Origin: Antedon mediterranea
Taxonomy: Eukaryota > Animalia > Echinodermata
DNA length: 64,000 bases
Direction of reading: 5' to 3'
NCBI RefSeq assembly: GCF_964355755.1
Contig: NC_092670.1
Coordinates: 25,282,795-25,346,794, forward strand
Shown: one piece after another, positions 1 through 13,852 of the stretch
Layout of the letters: the number at the start of each line of letters is the position of its first letter
Numbering within the stretch: the first letter of the stretch is position 1
Notes under the pieces: generated by a model
What the model saw: only the letters and a program-made list of their open reading frames with translations
The model's database searches: none
Told to the model about the DNA's origin: nothing
Made by a program: the position numbers and the translations under genes

Positions 1-1449
1 CTTCTCCGCAAATCAAACATTGAATGGATCATTTATTACGCGGAGATAATTTTGATTTAATTCCCACCCAGACCCTGTCCTGTTCTGTGTGGTGGTGTAG
101 CCCTGTTGTTGTGTGCCGCCGGTGGTGGTATGTAGGCCTACTTTATTGGCGTTTTATTTGGCAGGTCATACGTGCGAATTGAGTAGGACCTACGAAAGAG
201 GCCTAGGCCAAGGACTAAACAATTAATAAACAAAACAACTTGGCATTACGATTTTATATTTCAACAGTCTCGATCGTACATTCAGCACTGTACGTACTCG
301 ATCTTTTTCATTTTGAAACAAAATGATCATTGGTTGATTCGAAATCCATATTTACATACCGCCCGCCCCATATAGCCAAATACGGTATGATCAACTACGT
401 CATTTTTATCGGATGTTTGCGGTCTGCAAATCGATTTCTATACGTGTTTCACAAGTCTGTATTTTCAGACAAAAATCGCGGTCGAAATAAAAACAAATAA
501 ATAAAAAAAAAAAGATAATACAGACTTGGGGCAAGTCTAATACTATAGTTGTGCATGGCTTGAAATTTCATATACTGTACCAGTATCTTTTTAGCTGATG
601 GGTTGGATTTGCATTACGGTACACTTTTTTACACAACTAATAATGAAGCAGCACATATATTTATATTAACTTTATCATACATACCGGTATGTACACTTCT
701 AGTAATGACTTGTAAAAAGTGTCCAAGGAACAACAGAAAAAAAACCTCAATAAACATTCATTGTTGCAGTTATTTTTATTTCAAGTAAATTCATAAATCA
801 GATGTTAATATACCTGATCTTTAGTCTGTAAATTCAGATTGTAGCGTTACCTAAAATAATAAATTCCCTTATTGCAAATTAATAATAAAATAAATTGATA
901 TGTAGTAGTATCATAATTAGAACACAGATTGGATCGGCAAATTTAAATGGCAGTAGTAAATTCTAACATATTAATGTGATTACTCCATTTCTTTAATGTG
1001 TGGGTCTGTACCAGGAAACGATGACATGCTACATTATTTCATAATTAACAGCATTAAAAATAAACCATATTCTTTCATAAGCTCAAATTCATTATTTGGT
1101 AAATTGATTAAAATCCAGCACATTCATAAACAAACTAATTACAAAACAGTTTACAAAAACTACCTTACATTACAAGCACATTGATTATACAGTACAAATT
1201 ATTAAGTCCCGATATTTCAAAATCAATTTAAGCGGTAAATCATTTATAAAATACATCAAAGGAAATTACTTTTTGGTTATTGAATCATCTACTCATCATA
1301 TTGTAAAGTGATCAATTAAGTCCTCCTGCACTTAACATTAAAGTTTTAGTGCAGTAATTACTTCAATAAAGTGTTTATTTTACTGTTGCACTTATTGATG
1401 TTGTTGGTTATCAAGTTGGCAATCTTTTCAGTACTTGCACAAATATATA

Positions 1450-1746
1450 CCGTATTTATTCAAATAAATGCCACCCCGCATCAAATAAACATCCCGGGGA
1501 CGAATTTTTTTCTCTCAAATAAACGCCCCACCACATGCACACAGTATTGTATTGTAACACATTTATATTTGTAGTAGAATTCATTGACTTAATACATGAT
1601 CTACAATTGACCAAGGTATTTTGATATTCTGTTTCTATTTTTTCATATTTAGGGAGAATTTATTTGATTATACATACTACCATAGTAATAAAAATAAACG
1701 CCTCCCTCCAATAAATGCCCTATGGTGTTTATTTGAATAATTATGG
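1450..1746. mobile_element. pogo/Tigger-like (Tc1/mariner) MITE
   Basis: TA|CCGTATTTATTCAAATAAA ... TTTATTTGAATAATTATGG|TA inverted ends with a TA target duplication and internal AATAAACGCC repeats. A related partial end lies at ~38800-39010. Confidence 0.7.
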
Positions 1747-2017
1747 TACTCTTATTAGTGGTTTATAAAATAAACGCAATGCGATTAGGATTTGTTTCCA
1801 CATCAAAGTTCACATATAAGTATGCGCCGCACTGCTTACATATTTTTTTATAACCTCCTGCGCCCCCAACTTATTGATTCCTAAATTCTAGCTTCTTAGC
1901 ACACCATCTTGCTTTTCATAGCACATTGCAACCTAATCATGAGTTTTTTAAATAATTATTTAGCTCTGTATAAATGGTCCTGACCTTTTCAATGGCTTTA
2001 AAATTTTAATTTCTTAA

Positions 2018-2339
2018 AGATGTATTGTCCCCCTGAAAAAATAATTCTTACAAATTTTTGGTTCAATTCCATTTTAATGTAACAAATGGTTATCCACTTT
2101 GACCAAAAATTGGATGGGAAAAAAAATGTATTTTCCTGAAAAAATGTAATTTAAAGCAAAAAATGGTCAAATTGGCTGCCAGCCAATGGATTTTTGGTTG
2201 AATTTAACCATTTATTTTGTCATTTTATTAGTGAAAACATTATTTTTTATGGAAGTGATTAACTTTATTAAAACTACAAAATAACATATTCATTCAAGTC
2301 TGATTTAATTAATCTTCATTTTTGGGGGACAATACATCT
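2018..2339. mobile_element. Kolobok-like TTAA MITE, family A copy 1
   Basis: TIR AGATGTATTGTCCCCC at both ends, flanked by TTAA (2014-2017 and 2340-2343). Confidence 0.85.
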
Positions 2340-2534
2340 TTAATTCCAAGGGTGTATAAGATAGTTTTTGCATTATTAAAATAATTTCCTTGGATATATA
2401 AAATCTAAACCAGTTTGAAATTGAATTAGAAATTCAGCAAGCAATATTTTTGTGCGGCAGCCATTTAGTCAAACTTATAAAATCATTTATAATAATATAG
2501 TGAAGGAAACTTAATAAAATGGAAAACATTTAGA

Positions 2535-3184
2535 ACTAGAAAGCCACTTCGAGAGTGCATACCTCCGCCTAGTGTAAAATTCTCCTACATAAGATTTCTC
2601 CGGGAAAATATAATATTTGTGTGTGTTTTAATGCTGTTTGTTATTTAGGCTAATTTCACTACAAGCATGTGTATGGTGTAATGGTATGTAACAAGCCTTT
2701 CAATTAACAATAGCTTTATTGACTAACAATAGAACAGCAACACAAAAATCAAACGAGGGAATTTGAAAGTAAATAGGATTTTTAAACTACTCGTATAAAA
2801 AAAGGTGCACATTAAATCAAATTATGTTTTAAAATTAGAAATCACAAATTATAACTTTTGTCTCTTGTACAAAAATGAATTTTTTTGGATAAGTAGTTCT
2901 CGAGAAAATGCAATTTCAGTTTACATGTTACTTTAAGACTGCTCGCCGGCTTTTAAAAAATTCTGTCCTATCTTTTAACACTAGCAGGTCTGAAAAGTAT
3001 ACTAAAAAGTGGTCCAGAATTGGGACCATGGTCCCAAAATTTAATGGAATGGTCCTTGACCACATATCTATCTGTATGTTCATTTTGGTGAAGATCTTGT
3101 AATTACTTTTTGAGTAATCCTGCTAAAAAACAAACAAACAAATGCTACTGTATACCGATTACATATACCTCCTTGGCGGAGGTA
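2535..3184 (-). mobile_element. Helentron-associated non-autonomous element (HINE/DINE-like)
   Basis: Terminal hairpin ACCTCCTTGGCGGAGGT (~3167-3183), matching subterminal ACCTCCGCC (~2561-2569), and an (AAAC)n microsatellite near the hairpin end. Class assigned from architecture only. Confidence 0.55.
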
Positions 3185-3543
3185 AACAATTTGTATCACA
3201 TTTACAGATATTTGAGTAAGGCTGGCAGAGCTACAATGGCTTGGAAAGTCATGCCTATATCAAACCTCACATGGTATAGTAGAGGTCTTCATCCAATCAA
3301 AAACCACATTTTCCACAATGGTTAGTTCCCTTTTATTTATTTCGTTTTTGCATACCCTCTTGAGTATAAAGAATGAGGGGCCAGTATACAAAGTTAATTG
3401 AATCTAAGAAGACTTAGAATCCATTTGAGTAGTTTTGTTTTTCCTAATTAGAATCACTTTGATTAGGAAAGTTGTTCATTCAGGCCGTAGGTATTTGGAA
3501 GATCAAGACCTTCTATAATTAGATCCCCTAAAGGGATTAAAGT

Positions 3544-6500
3544 CTAATCATCTTCTGGATCCTCCCAACGATGATGCTTAAGCCCTGGTGCTAAGTGGGT
3601 AATTATTACCTCTACTGCTTGAATTTTAATCTTTTTTGGTGGAACTAGACATTCCTTGTAAGTTACATGGTCACCGGTACATGGTACATATTCTCCCTCG
3701 ACACTGTAAAAGAAAAATAAATATTGTATAATAATACCATAATGGTAATAAAATGGAAATTTGTGGTTGCACAGTACTGTATAATGAAATGGTATTTAGA
3801 TTTGTGGTTGCACCAGTACTGTATAATGAAATGGTATTTAGATTTGTGGTTACACAGTACTGTATAATGAAATGGTATTTAGATTTGTGGTTGCACAGTA
3901 CTGTATAATGAAATGGTATTTAGATTTGTGGTTGCACCAGTACTGTATAATGAAATGGTATTTAGATTTGTGGTTACACCAGTACTGTATAATGAAATGG
4001 TATTTAGATTTGTGGTTACACAGTACTGTATAATAAAATGGTATTTAGATTTGTGGTTGCACCAGTACTGTATAATGAAATGGTATTTAGATTTGTGGTT
4101 GCACCAGTACTGTATAATGATATGGTATTTAGATTTGTGGTTACACAGTACTGTATAATGAAATGATATTTAGATTTGTGGTTACACCAGTACTGTATAA
4201 TGAAATGGTATTTAGATTTGTGGTTGCACCAGTACTGTATAATGAAATGGTATTTAGATTTGTGGTTGCACCAGTACTGTATAATGAAATGGTATTTAGA
4301 TTTGTGGTTACACCAGTACTGTATAATGAAATGGTATTTAGATTTGTGGTTACACAGTACTGTATAATGAAATGGTATTTAGATTTGTGGTTACACCAGT
4401 ACTGTATAATGAAATGGTATTTAGATTTGTGGTTACACCAGTACTGTATAATGAAATGGTATTTAGATTTGTGGTAATACACCAGTACTGTATAATGAAA
4501 TGGTATTTAGATTTGTGGTTGCACCAGTGCTGTATAATGAAATGATATTTAGATTTGTGGTTGCACAGTACTGTATAATGAAATGGTATTTAGATTTGTG
4601 GTTACACCAGTACTGTATAATGAAATGGTATTTAGATTTGTGGTTACACCAGTACTGTATAATGAAATGGTATTTAGATTTGTGGTTACACCAGTACTGT
4701 ATAATGAAATAATATTTAGATTTGTGGTTGCACCAGTACTGTATAATGAAATGGTATTTAGATTTGTGGTTACACAGTACTGTATAATGAAATGGTATTT
4801 AGATTTGTGGTTGCACCAGTACTGTATAATGAAATGGTATTAGATTTGTGGTTGCACCAGTACTGTATAATGAAATGGTATTAGATTTGTGGTTGCACCA
4901 GTACTGTATAATGAAATGGTATTTAGATTTGTGGTTACACCAGTACTGTATAATGAAATGGTATTTAGATTTGTGTGTATTTAACATGCACTGTAGCATT
5001 AACAGTTTATGTATTATCAATAGGAGAAGAATCCAAACACACGATAAAAAAAAGAAACATAGGTCTTGGATTATTAAGTTTTTAAATCCTAAGTATTATC
5101 TAATATTTATTAACCTATTGACCTCTTGTTTACAATACATTCTAAACCTCTGCAACACCTATAACCAACCACTGTAACCAACCACTGTAACCAACCACTG
5201 TAACCAACCACTGTAACCAACCACTGTAACCAACCACTGTAACCAACCACTGTAACCAACCACTGTAACCAACCACTGTAACCAACCACTGTAACCAACC
5301 ACTGTAAACAACCACTGTAAACAACCACTGTAACCAACCACTGTAACCAACCACTGTAAACAACCACTGTAACCAACCACTGTAACCAACCACTGTAACC
5401 AACCACTGTAAACAACCACTGTAACCAACCACTGTAACCAACCACTGTAAACAACCACTGTAACCAACCACTGTAACCAACCACTGTAAACAACCACTGT
5501 AACCAACCACTGTAACCAACCACTGTAAACAACCACTGTAACCAACCACTGTAACCAACCACTGTAACCAACCACTGTAAACAACCACTGTAACCAACCA
5601 CTGTAACCAACCACTGTAACCAACCACTGTAACCAACCACTGTAACCAACCACTGTAACCAACCACTGTAACCAACCACTGTAACCAACCACTGTAAACA
5701 ACCACTGTAAACAACCACTGTAAACAACCACTGTAACCAACCACTGTAACCAACCACTGTAACCAACCACTGTAAACAACCACTGTAACCAACCACTGTA
5801 ACCAACCACTGTAACCAACCACTGTAAACAACCACTGTAACCAACCACTGTAACCAACCACTGTAAACAACCACTGTAACCAACCACTGTAACCAACCAC
5901 TGTAAACAATTAATTGTTGTAATGTGTTGCACTGCAGCAGCTGTGAGCAGTCTTCCAAATATAATGTGATGTATTGTAACTACTAATGTTTGTTAAGTAG
6001 TACAAATACAAAAAGAGTATATTGAAAGAACTGTCCTAAATTGTTTTAAAGTAAATTTGTATTCAATTTAATCAGACGCTTCCATTTGAATTTAATATAA
6101 AAGGTACTTGGCCTTATGCCTGTATTCTTAAACCAGACTTTATATTAGTCGTAGTTCGAGGTAAAACTTTTAAAATGACGTCATTTTAATTCATAAACCG
6201 AACTTCAACTAAAACGCCAACTAAATCAGGCCAACCTCCACTAAATCGAGACGGATTTTGATTGATTTTTTTAGTCCTCGAGGGGGCAGGCTAAATGGTA
6301 TTTAAACAAGGTTTATAAAAAATGTCATTGAGTTGTAATATTGGCCAGATATTGAAGAATGAAATATCTACTTTTATATAAGCTTAATTAAATATACATT
6401 GGTATATGTTATAATAATAAAAATCATTTTTATTTACAACCGTATACAAATTACATTATTTTTTTTCGTGCAAGTCCGACTTCAACTACGTTATGCCATA

Positions 6501-8031
6501 GCGACAATGGGAGATACGGAAATTCACCACGCGATGGGATGTTTAGGGGGCCTAGCGGTTTCTTGTTACGCTATGAAGTGTGTGGTTCGTTGCGATCATA
6601 CTTTTTTTGAGGCCCAGAAAATATGCAAGTTACCGTACCGCCATGGTTCCTAAATAGATTTTGAACATTTTGTTTGTTGTTAATCAAAAGTACTTAAATT
6701 AATACTGATCTTGTTCTAATAATTAACAATTAAAATAATTTTTCATGTATATAGTCCTAATGCATAAAAAGTTTTGTAAGAAAATGAAAAGTGCACAAAA
6801 TTTGTCTGCCCTTCAAATACTCTCTTGTCATTGGCCAATGTATAGCCTTTGTTACCCAGCCGTGTGTAACTCAACTAAAAACTGTAAACTTTTACTACTT
6901 CGTTTATGAATCAAATTTGAAGTAATAGCTCAAACTACGACTTTTTGAAGTCGAACTTCGAACTACGACTAAAGTCTGGTTTAAGAATACGGGCGTTAGA
7001 GTCAAGCACTTATAGATGTCGCACATTACAGGTTGGTTTTTCTACCACGCAGCGGCATTATTCCCTTCCGTGACGAACAATATTGTTTACAAAAGGCTAA
7101 TCGTGCAATACTACCTGTCAATTGTAGAAATGGGAGAAAATAACGCATATGATAATATGAAATCAACCAATCAAATGACAAGGATTCACTTACTCAGATA
7201 CATGTACAAATAACGTTGTACTGCTATCTCCATCTGGAATGATAAATCCGTGACCTTTGTGCTTGCAGAATTCTTTGATAACTCCCGTCTTCACCGGATT
7301 ATTTGATGCTGCTCGTGATCTTCAATTACAAAAATTACAAACAATTTTTTTTATAATTTAACAACCTTGTGCAATGTCTGGTTGATCTTTATTGTCAAAC
7401 AAGAACTTTATTCATTCGAATGAATTTTGTTTTTGGACTGCTTACCAATCGATTAATGATATCTCTAGGGATTTTGTAATATAATTTGAATTTCTCTAAT
7501 GTGTTGGACTGGCATAGTTTCCTCTTGTTGATAGAAATTAATTTGAATACGGCTTTACCACGTTGAAACACCGGTTCTCGCATGATCACCGAAGTTAAGC
7601 AATGTTGGGCCTGGTTAGAGGGAATGGGAATACCGGGTGCTGTATATGGAGATGGGGTCCCGTTAGGCATTTGAAATCAGCATTGCTGACTCTTATGGCA
7701 GCTTCTGCATCTAGTATCTGCCTCGTATTGGCCTATGCCTTCCCCCTGGTCAAGGTGGCACTGGACGAGAGAAGCACATGATCAATGTTAGGACCAATCA
7801 AGGTGCTATAAACAGTCCTGGCTTTGTTTAACCTGTTAGTTTTCGATTGAATAAAATAAAAAAATTTTTTTTAAAGACAACTTATTTTTTATTGTGATGT
7901 CTTGTCATACATCATTAAATAACTTACGTGGAATGAGTTCTTGTGCGTCTTGTAATGATTGGACTTGGCATCAGGAATTGCACTGGACTTCTTAAGACTT
8001 TATTAGGAGATTTTGATGGTGATTCTGCCAT
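3544..8031 (-). CDS. CARHSP1: Calcium-regulated heat-stable protein 1 / CSDC2-type cold-shock domain RNA-binding protein (129 aa, 3 coding exons)
   Basis: Exons 8031-7928, 7319-7194 and 3703-3544 join in frame with GT-AG sites: MAESPSKSPNKVLRSPVQFLMPSPIITRRTRTHSTSRAASNNPVKTGVIKEFCKHKGHGFIIPDGDSSTTLFVHVSDVEGEYVPCTGDHVTYKECLVPPKKIKIQAVEVIITHLAPGLKHHRWEDPEDD*. It has the CSD motifs KGHGFI and LFVHVS, the RRTRTxS kinase site and the DVEGEYVP...QAVEVxITHLAPG family signature. A probable non-coding first exon lies upstream of a donor at ~8863. Confidence 0.93.
3760..4975. repeat. 42-bp minisatellite in CARHSP1 intron 2
   Basis: Tandem unit TGTATAATGAAATGGTATTTAGATTTGTGGTTGCACCAGTAC with 41-bp variants. 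It explains the MVFRFVVAPVLYNE-type ORFs. Confidence 0.97.
5162..5908. repeat. 13-bp minisatellite in CARHSP1 intron 2
   Basis: Tandem (AACCAACCACTGT)n with AAACAACCACTGT variants. It is stop-free on the minus strand, giving three spurious 255-282 aa ORFs. Confidence 0.97.
6117..6995. mobile_element. PIF/Harbinger-like non-autonomous DNA transposon
   Basis: TIR GCC(T/C)GTATTCTTAAACCAGACTTT...TAGTCGTAGTTCGA at both ends; 3-bp TTA duplication (6114-6116 and 6996-6998). Confidence 0.8.
7545..7864 (+). mobile_element. 5S rRNA-derived SINE (SINE3-type), body type 1
   Basis: 7545-7645 is a decayed 5S rRNA copy (TACGGC..TACCACGTTGAAACACCGGTTCTCG..GATCACCGAAGTTAAGCAA..GGGCCTGGTTAG..GGGAATACCGGGTGCTGTA), followed by a ~200 bp unrelated body and an A-rich tail. 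It lies in CARHSP1 intron 1. Confidence 0.75.
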
Positions 8032-9466
8032 GATTAATCAACTACAGTATAAAAAGTAGGTTTATAAATTTGTATTTTTTAATTCAATTAATTAAAGATG
8101 TATAAATGAAGGTCAAAATATTCTAAATTTAAATTGGCCATATCAAAGTAATATTAAAGTTTTTCACCTTAAGTCGAAAATTCGAGCCAAAACAACAATT
8201 TTACGTAATTAACAGCTAAATTAATTTGATTACATTTCGTCTGGATAATCGTCCCGAGCGAAAGTAAACAAAGATTCAAACCATGAGTATACATTAGTCA
8301 TTATGCATGATGCTAGGATTGTTTACAACTCGTCACGGATGAGGTGGTGTTTCCAAACAGATCGCAAGGACGTTTTATGATTATGCCTACAGAGTAGCCA
8401 AATAAGCGCGTTGCATTATGAGAAATGTTTTTGACTGGAAGTCAAAGTTATTTTTTGAACCTAAAAACGTCTGTATTTCAGTTATATGATTTTTTTTCCA
8501 ACTCATTTTTAATTAATTTTAATAATTAATACAAATAGGCCCTAGCTTAGCTAAGTAGAATGGTGCTGAGCTGCTTCTGGGCATTTTTGTCCGATCATGG
8601 ATCAAATACTAGTATACAGCCTAGGCCCTAGAACGAAACTAACTAGATCTAGGCCTAGTAGGCTAGTAATAGAGCGCACTAGGCCTAGCTAGACTAAACA
8701 GGGGGAACAGACGATCGTACGTATCTCGTACGTAGCACATATATGCTAGGCCTAGCCTAAACATATTTAAATTCATGTAAATTGCTTTTTCATCACGTAC
8801 CAAATGAGTTATTTAGTAGCTTTTAAACGCATGTATACACAGTACAACACAGATTCAACATACCTTTATAAATGAAGCGTTTTGTAGACTATTTCAACAG
8901 CCTCAGTTTTTGTTTTTCGTTTAATACAAAAATAATCATCTACTTCGTACATTTGGAAAAGCAGTTCCAAATAGTGCGAGACTCGTTTAGGAAGGCATTT
9001 GCCTTAAAGGGGGATTCTGGGTTTAAAATTGTTTTTAAATATCGTTTATTTATTAAATAAAAAATATTATAACAATATAGACATGTCAGAATGAAGAAGT
9101 AATAACGAGAAATTAAAAAAATTAAATTTCATATACATTTTAGGATAAATTCATGGAAAGTCTGTTTTTCAGCAGCTTAGGGAAGCTCATTAATATTCAT
9201 GAGATATTCACAAAATCACGTCACCAGTGGATTCCAAACTCGCGACGTGATGTACGTTGTGTTTGTCAACTAATTTACATCTCTCTCCCTTGTCAAACGA
9301 CGACCACCCGATCATTGTGAAATACATTTTTTGTAGATTTTCTAAGCTAGGCCTAAAGTGTAATAATCACAGTAGTAGCATATATTTATTTGACATTTAG
9401 TGAAATACAAAAATTTAGTACAGATACGGAGTCATAAATTATACTATTTTTATACCTCTATAGTAC

Positions 9467-10267
9467 AGGGATTATGACCGGTTGGGCCGCCGACAAGTTG
9501 AGCCGCCGGTGATTTCTATGAAACGCCCAGTGCAGCGCATGCGTCTTTTACGACATTTCGCGTAGTGATTAGGATGGTGTCCTAGTACATAAGTTCATGG
9601 TCTTGGTTTATTGTGTCATGAAAATAAATAATATATAATTACATATTATAATTAACAACACAGCAAAGGAAAGTAGTAATATTTAATAATGTAATTGTTT
9701 TTAATCTTCGGCGAGGAAAAAATTTAGTGCACTCATAATTTTTCTCGCCACGTGTAGGCCTACCACGTAAAGTCACGTTGTCCTCTCTCAGGACTAATTA
9801 ATAGAGTATTAACATTCTTCGAATGAGGTTAAATAACTATTATTTTTTATTTAATAATCTTTTAATATCATATTTTATTGAATTTTACAATGTTAATACA
9901 CAAAATATTTGACTAAAAAACGTGATTTTATGTAATTATTTTACCGAAAAATGGAGTAAGCCTAGTTCATACAACTGCCGACTGAGGGGCAACATGTTTA
10001 CGTCATTTTTGGCTAAAAACGATCACTTTCGGTGATGTTTTATATTTTGGAATCTACAAGCCAGATTTTCATAATTATTTCTTTAATTATAATATTTAAT
10101 AATATATATACTAAAAACCATGATATATAAACTTTTGAATGTACATCGATCCCTAATAATATAAATAGAACGAGCACCGGCGAAAGTTAGCATTTGGCGT
10201 TCCATAAAAAATAACGTTTTTCTGGTGGCGGCTCAACTTGTCGGCGGCTCAACTTGGCCTAATCCCC
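9467..10267. mobile_element. MULE-like MITE family M1, nested
   Basis: Inverted ends GGGATTA..GCCGCCGACAAGTTGAGCCGCC; 9-bp duplication CTATAGTAC (9458-9466 and 10268-10276). Confidence 0.8.
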
Positions 10268-10501
10268 CTATAGTACAGATCGTATTATCGGCTTCGTACA
10301 ATACTACTCTAGGCCTAGCCTAATAATAATATGGGCGAGAGCCATTCTGACTAGGGATTCCATGCCACGATGGCTACGTTAAAACAATGGGGCCCATGGG
10401 CCTAGCTAGCCTACTACTACAGTAGACGATTGGCCCATAAATAACAAAACAAAATCGGCTGTAAATATTGGATCGCCGTCCACACGTATGGTGTCCCAAT
10501 C

Positions 10502-11379
10502 GCGATTTTTTTTTTCGTACATAAGTTGGGGACCCCCCTCATGAAACGTCACAAAATAAACATGAATAATTCATCAGTTAAATGTGTTGTTCCGTGTGCA
10601 CCCAAGCGTATAGCAACAAGAAGCGATTACACAACTGCGATACGATACTTTCTACAGTAGGCCTAGGATTCTAAGTCAATTCACGCGATTGCCTTCGCGC
10701 ACTCTTCTTCACACAACAGCTAGGCAAGACATTAAACTAAGTAGTAATTCATTGGACATAGCCCAAAGAAAGCTTAGACCCACAAGAATAAAGAATGTGT
10801 ATAATTTGTGTACTGTATTTTTTTTAATTCTGCTATTTTATTATCAAACAATGCATGTACTCAAAGGAACTTTAAATATGCGCGTATATGAACACATGAG
10901 ATGGGAAGATTAGACCCACGAGAATAAAAAATGTATTTTTGTGTAATGTTTATTGTTTAATTTTGCTGACGTATTACTCGGATTGTGTCATACCTATAAC
11001 ACACACACACACAGCTACTACTAGAATAGACATGGGTTTAGAGACTAGTAATTAGGCCTAATAGTATCAATAGAAACTATAATTTTAACACGTAATTCTT
11101 TAGTAATAAATTATATTAAAAACACCATAAACTAAAGGCTGATTATTTCGACAATCCACACAAAACGCCGCTATTCTATTATGAAATCGCACGCGGCAAC
11201 CACACAGCAGAGATAGGCCTAGAATCGTACCGCACTTGTGTAAACTGTAATCACTTCTTGTTGCTATACGCTTCTTGGGTGCACACGGAACAAGAAAATT
11301 TAACTGATGAATTATTCATGTTTATTTTGTGACGTTTCATGAGGGGGGTCCCCAACTTATGTACGAAAAAAAAAATCGC
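10502..11379. mobile_element. MULE-like MITE family M2 copy 1, nested
   Basis: ~130-bp TIRs starting GCGATTTTTTTTTTCGTACATAAGTTGGGGACCCC; 9-bp TSD GTCCCAATC/GTCCCGATC (one mismatch). Confidence 0.88.
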
Positions 11380-12257
11380 GTCCCGATCGTCTAAGTAGGC
11401 CTAAAATAAAATAGGCTAGTTTACTCTCCAAAAAAGCGGATACTCATGCATCAAGCAAGTAGACCAGGTAGTAGGAAGGAGACCTAGCCGATCCGGCCCA
11501 GTTAAAAATTGAGCTAGCTAGTGTAGTAGACCCTATGCGAATTGATACTACCAGGCCTTAGGCTGCACTACACAAATATTCCAACTCTCTCATTCGAGCT
11601 ATATTATCTATACCATTCCGGTAGGTCAAGTCGACCTTCAATCAAATACTGTACATCGTTCATGTTGTGATTATAGACGGGGTATACTCGACCCGACCAG
11701 TTTGGTATTGTTGTATCTGCTTATCACGTGACGATGCCAGGCATGGGCAGCAGAGAGAGCACGTGTGTATCGTCGTCTCGCTCGATCCTCAGCAGGAATG
11801 TACAGTATACGTTACGCTTCATTGATTTTGATTTTTCCCTAAGTCGGTGCGAAAATCGGCAAACGTAAAGTGCAAACATATCTAATTTTTCACTGTTTTG
11901 ATGAATTTTCATAAAAAATTGACTTTATAAATGGGAAGACCGACTAAAATTACATCAGATAAGTATAATTTTACAAAAGTAATTGATATGGTTTATGATA
12001 ACGAGTCGTCGGAAGATGGATCATTTCACGAATTTCCTATTTTGTAACCACAGTGTGATTTTGCCGTAGCTGCACTTGTAATCTGGCCTGATTTCACAGC
12101 CTTCGTTCTGCTTCACTGGGCGCTTATATAAATTGAAACTTTTACCGTTCAAGAGACAAACAAATATATTTTACATTTTTTACTATTCATTTTAAACCCG
12201 GATCCCCCCTTTAAGTTAGTCCATGAGTGGTCAGGTCTTTTAAAGTTGTTGATGCTG

Positions 12258-13045
12258 TTATGCGCGATTTAAACGATTTGCGCAATTTAAAATTGCGCAA
12301 AGAATTCTTGCGCAATTTGAAATTGCGCAAGGATTTTCTTGCGCAATATTAAATTGCGCAAGAAACTTGCGCAATTTCAAATTGCGCAAGAAAATCCTTG
12401 CGCAATTTCAAATTGCGCTGCACAATTTGTAAATTGCAATATGACACCTTTGCGCAATTTGAAAACGAACTGTTTGTTATTTTTATTATTGTTGAGAATG
12501 GTACCGAAAGGTCAATCTTTTTTGTCATTAAATTTAATTTTTAAGTTAAATAGTAAACGTCTAATAATTCGTAATAATTATTGTTTCTCAAAAAAATCCA
12601 ATCGTTATTAGTCTTATTAATCGTCATTAGTACTGATATTTCAATTGAAATTATTATATTACTATTGGTATTTATTTATGCCTTCTCCTCATATTATGTG
12701 TGAATATGGTATTTTATAGAACCATTGGGAATTCGAGATTTTTTTTATTCGGAAAAAAAAAATTTGGGAGGGAGGCTCCCGGGAGGGTAAGGAAATGCGA
12801 TATTATCTTTAATTTTGAATCATTCTTAGAAATTACTAAAAAAATATGGGTGTGCATGATTTCACAATCTGTCGAAAAACCTTGCGCAATTTGCAGATTA
12901 CTTGCGAAATTTAATACGTTGCTTGCGCAATTTGAAACACATGTTTCAATTCAAATTGCGCAAGAAATTTTTTGCACAATTTTAAATTGCGCAAGAAAAT
13001 CCTTGCGCAATTTCAAATTGCGCAAATCGTTCAAATCGCGCATAA
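12258..13045. mobile_element. Foldback-type MITE with TTGCGCAA palindromic subterminal repeats
   Basis: Inverted ends TTATGCGCGATTT(A/G)AACGATTTGCGCAATTT with arrays of AATTGCGCAAG on both arms. No TSD resolved. Confidence 0.75.
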
Positions 13046-13852
13046 AAATGCCACTACTATACTATCGTACTCTTGGTTTAAATGCGTGACGTAGCTAGAC
13101 CACGTATACTCTCTGTGGATGACGGCCTGGTAGTTTTTCAATTCCGTGTTTGTTGTATATCCGGCTGCCGGGTAGATAATTATTAAAACATCCACCACAT
13201 GTGCCCCCAACATGTAAATTGTCAGCATTGTTGTTTTATTAGCGCCCTAAAAGCAGCAAACTGAAGCCAACTAGCTAGGCTATGACCTCCTCACTTATTA
13301 GAAAAGGTCTTGATTTATTCAGAGAAGATTTATATCCAGAAGAATCTACTGAAAAAAGTAAATAAATTGTGTTTTGTTGTGTTTTTAGCTATTAAATTTG
13401 CCTTCTATTAAGCTAGCTAAGCCCGGTGGACAGACGATATTGGAATCAAGGACGATCAGGCCCACGGGCGATTAGTGCTATCATAGAGACGATCGGGCCC
13501 ATTTTTGTATGTGCCCGATCGTCTTAGGCGTTGCGCCCGATAGTCTTAATCGTTGGGCCCGATACTATAGCCAAGTGTATCGTGTTCCGTTTACAATTGA
13601 GTTCTCGACAATATTTATAATAATATTAGAATCTGACTCAATCAACCAGTTCAATTCAAGGCTGGAAAAACACTTGTCTACTTCTTTCTGCAAGTTTGCC
13701 CCCTATAGTAGACAAGATAATATATAGAAACACGTCGAGGGACACACAAGCTTCGGCTTTATAAGTCTCAACATCAAGTAAATCAAGTAAAATTAATGGT
13801 AGCCATTCATTGGCATTTATTTATGTGCGATTAGGACAACTACTCCCTGGAC

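Larger units (their letters stand above)
9008..12210. mobile_element. Kolobok-like non-autonomous element carrying two nested insertions
   Basis: TIRs AGGGGGATTCTGGGTTTAAAAT (9008) and ATTTTAAACCCGGATCCCCCCT (ends 12210), with TTAA on both sides. Confidence 0.8.

Noticed and set aside
3760-4975. Regular 42-bp repeats resembling a CRISPR array or a repeat protein
   Set aside because: No unique spacers, no cas genes, eukaryotic intron context, and 41-bp variants break every frame.
5110-5958. Three 255-282 aa ORFs (WLQWLVTVVGYSG repeats)
   Set aside because: Artefact of a stop-free 13-bp tandem repeat open in all three minus frames, inside CARHSP1 intron 2.
7545-7645. Functional 5S rRNA genes here and at 29170-29287
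   Set aside because: Both have internal deletions or substitutions around box C, lack an oligo-T terminator, and continue into SINE-like bodies with A-rich tails.
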